Shown: piece by piece, positions 33,916 through 35,261 of the stretch
Layout of the letters: every line of letters begins with the position of its first letter
How positions within the stretch are numbered: the stretch's first letter is position 1
Assembly (NCBI GenBank): GCA_022813965.1
Contig: JALDZS010000080.1
Span: 62,001-97,261 of the forward strand
DNA: 35,261 nt
Direction of reading: 5' to 3'
From: Toensbergia leucococca
Taxonomy: Eukaryota
Notes under the pieces: generated by a model
Told to the model about the DNA's origin: nothing
The model's database searches: none
What the model saw: the letters and a program-made list of their open reading frames with translations, nothing else
Translations under genes and position numbers: made by a program

Positions 33916-35261
33916 CTCGGAAATGGAGACAATGAGAAATGATAAGTGGGACTAGTGAGACGTACTGTAAGTTGTAGCGAGAAGGTGTTTTTTCCGCTCA
34001 AAAGTAGCTGGACGGCGTTGAAATAGAGACAGGCGGTGAAAGGCAAATGCGGCAGCTGAATAGTCGAAGCTCGAGGGAAAGTCATAGAGATGAAGAGAGG
34101 TAGCCACGTAGCTTAAGTAGCTTTAAAGCTCTGGCTAGTCTGGGATTTCAAAAGCTTATAAACAGAAAATTGACATCGGACTCGGCGATTGTTTGCTTGT
34201 GCTGAAATAGCAATAGAATAAAACTTGGCCGGCAACATCAAGACTTTTCCAGAAGTCTGCCTGCAACATTTAAAGAGTGCAGAATGAACCTTCTTGTGCA
34301 CACCGTTGGCCATCTTCATTCCTTTCCAACGTAACATCAACGCGTAGATACTCGAGAAGCTTTTGAGCTCCACGCGTTCTATGTCGTATTGATTCTCGAC
34401 CCTTCAATCAATACTCAACACCCTCCCTACGTACGAAACCTCACATTAATGATGAGAGGCAGACACTACTATAGGCTACCATAGAAGACTCAGACAGGCT
34501 AAGCTTGGATGGAGACAAAAAGAGAACAGCGGACTGCATGATCCAAGCAATCGATTCGATCTAAAAGAGCCCTCAGATGGCCAATTAACCGTCATACTAG
34601 GTAACATTTAGGTACGGTCTGAGACTTATGTTTGTCATTGTATATTGATGGTTCTGCATTGAGTTCTGAAATTGACCATTTCAACTTGTTGGAGTGGTTT
34701 TCACAGCACTGGGTGATTATTTCCACTTTTTCTTTGCTTTCTGAATTGCAAACTCTACATTTCCTATTACGGCTTGTAACTAATGTGCTAAAGTGTGTCC
34801 TCTCGTAATAGACTCCACAATCGTTGCTACACTCCCCACTCCTCTCTTCTCTTCGTTCTTCTCGCTCTCTGAACTATCATGGCTCGCCTCGGCTTATTTC
34901 ATAGCAAACGCAACCTCGCAACCGATCGCTGGCTGTTTCACTAATGTGTTTGGATGACGAAGTAAATTGATAATCTGCAACGTCGTTTCTGGGATTGGAA
35001 CTCTGCTCTGTGGGCTGACTGGCTCATAATGGGTCATCATACTGAGTTGAGTGGTTGTCTGGTGGCTAGAACATCGCTTGGACACATTGAATTGTGATCA
35101 CTAGCACATCTTTGTCTATGGTTCTATTTATCACTTTCATATATGCCGAGGAACGTGTTGCCTCTGAGCTTGTCATTCCAACTAGCCTTTTGTTGAAGCG
35201 TACAGTGGCGGCAAGTTGTCTTACATATTTGTTCTCTCACACCGCCAACTTTGCGATCTTA

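Overview
Eukaryotic, intron-rich DNA from a filamentous ascomycete (Pezizomycotina inferred from short GT-AG introns with CTRAC-type branch sites). The right two-thirds (13.4-35.3 kb) is housekeeping and metabolic: HCS1/IGHMBP2-like helicase, RIB1, MCM2, GH27 alpha-galactosidase, a DCG1-like racemase, ARP2, an OYE-type flavin oxidoreductase and a doubly frameshifted amidase. The left part holds an accessory-looking island (about 2.5-13.4 kb) between a C-to-T-mutated Tc1-like transposon and an AT-rich relic. The island carries three intact genes: an NLR-type receptor (alpha/beta-hydrolase + NB-ARC + TPR), a caspase-like CHAT protease fused to a P-loop NTPase with no sensor repeats, and, head-to-head with the protease, a probable fungal gasdermin (HET-Q1/RCD-1-like) with an acidic C-terminal tail. 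Together they look like a receptor-caspase-gasdermin (inflammasome-like) cell-death module. All family assignments come from motif recognition by eye; no database searches were run.
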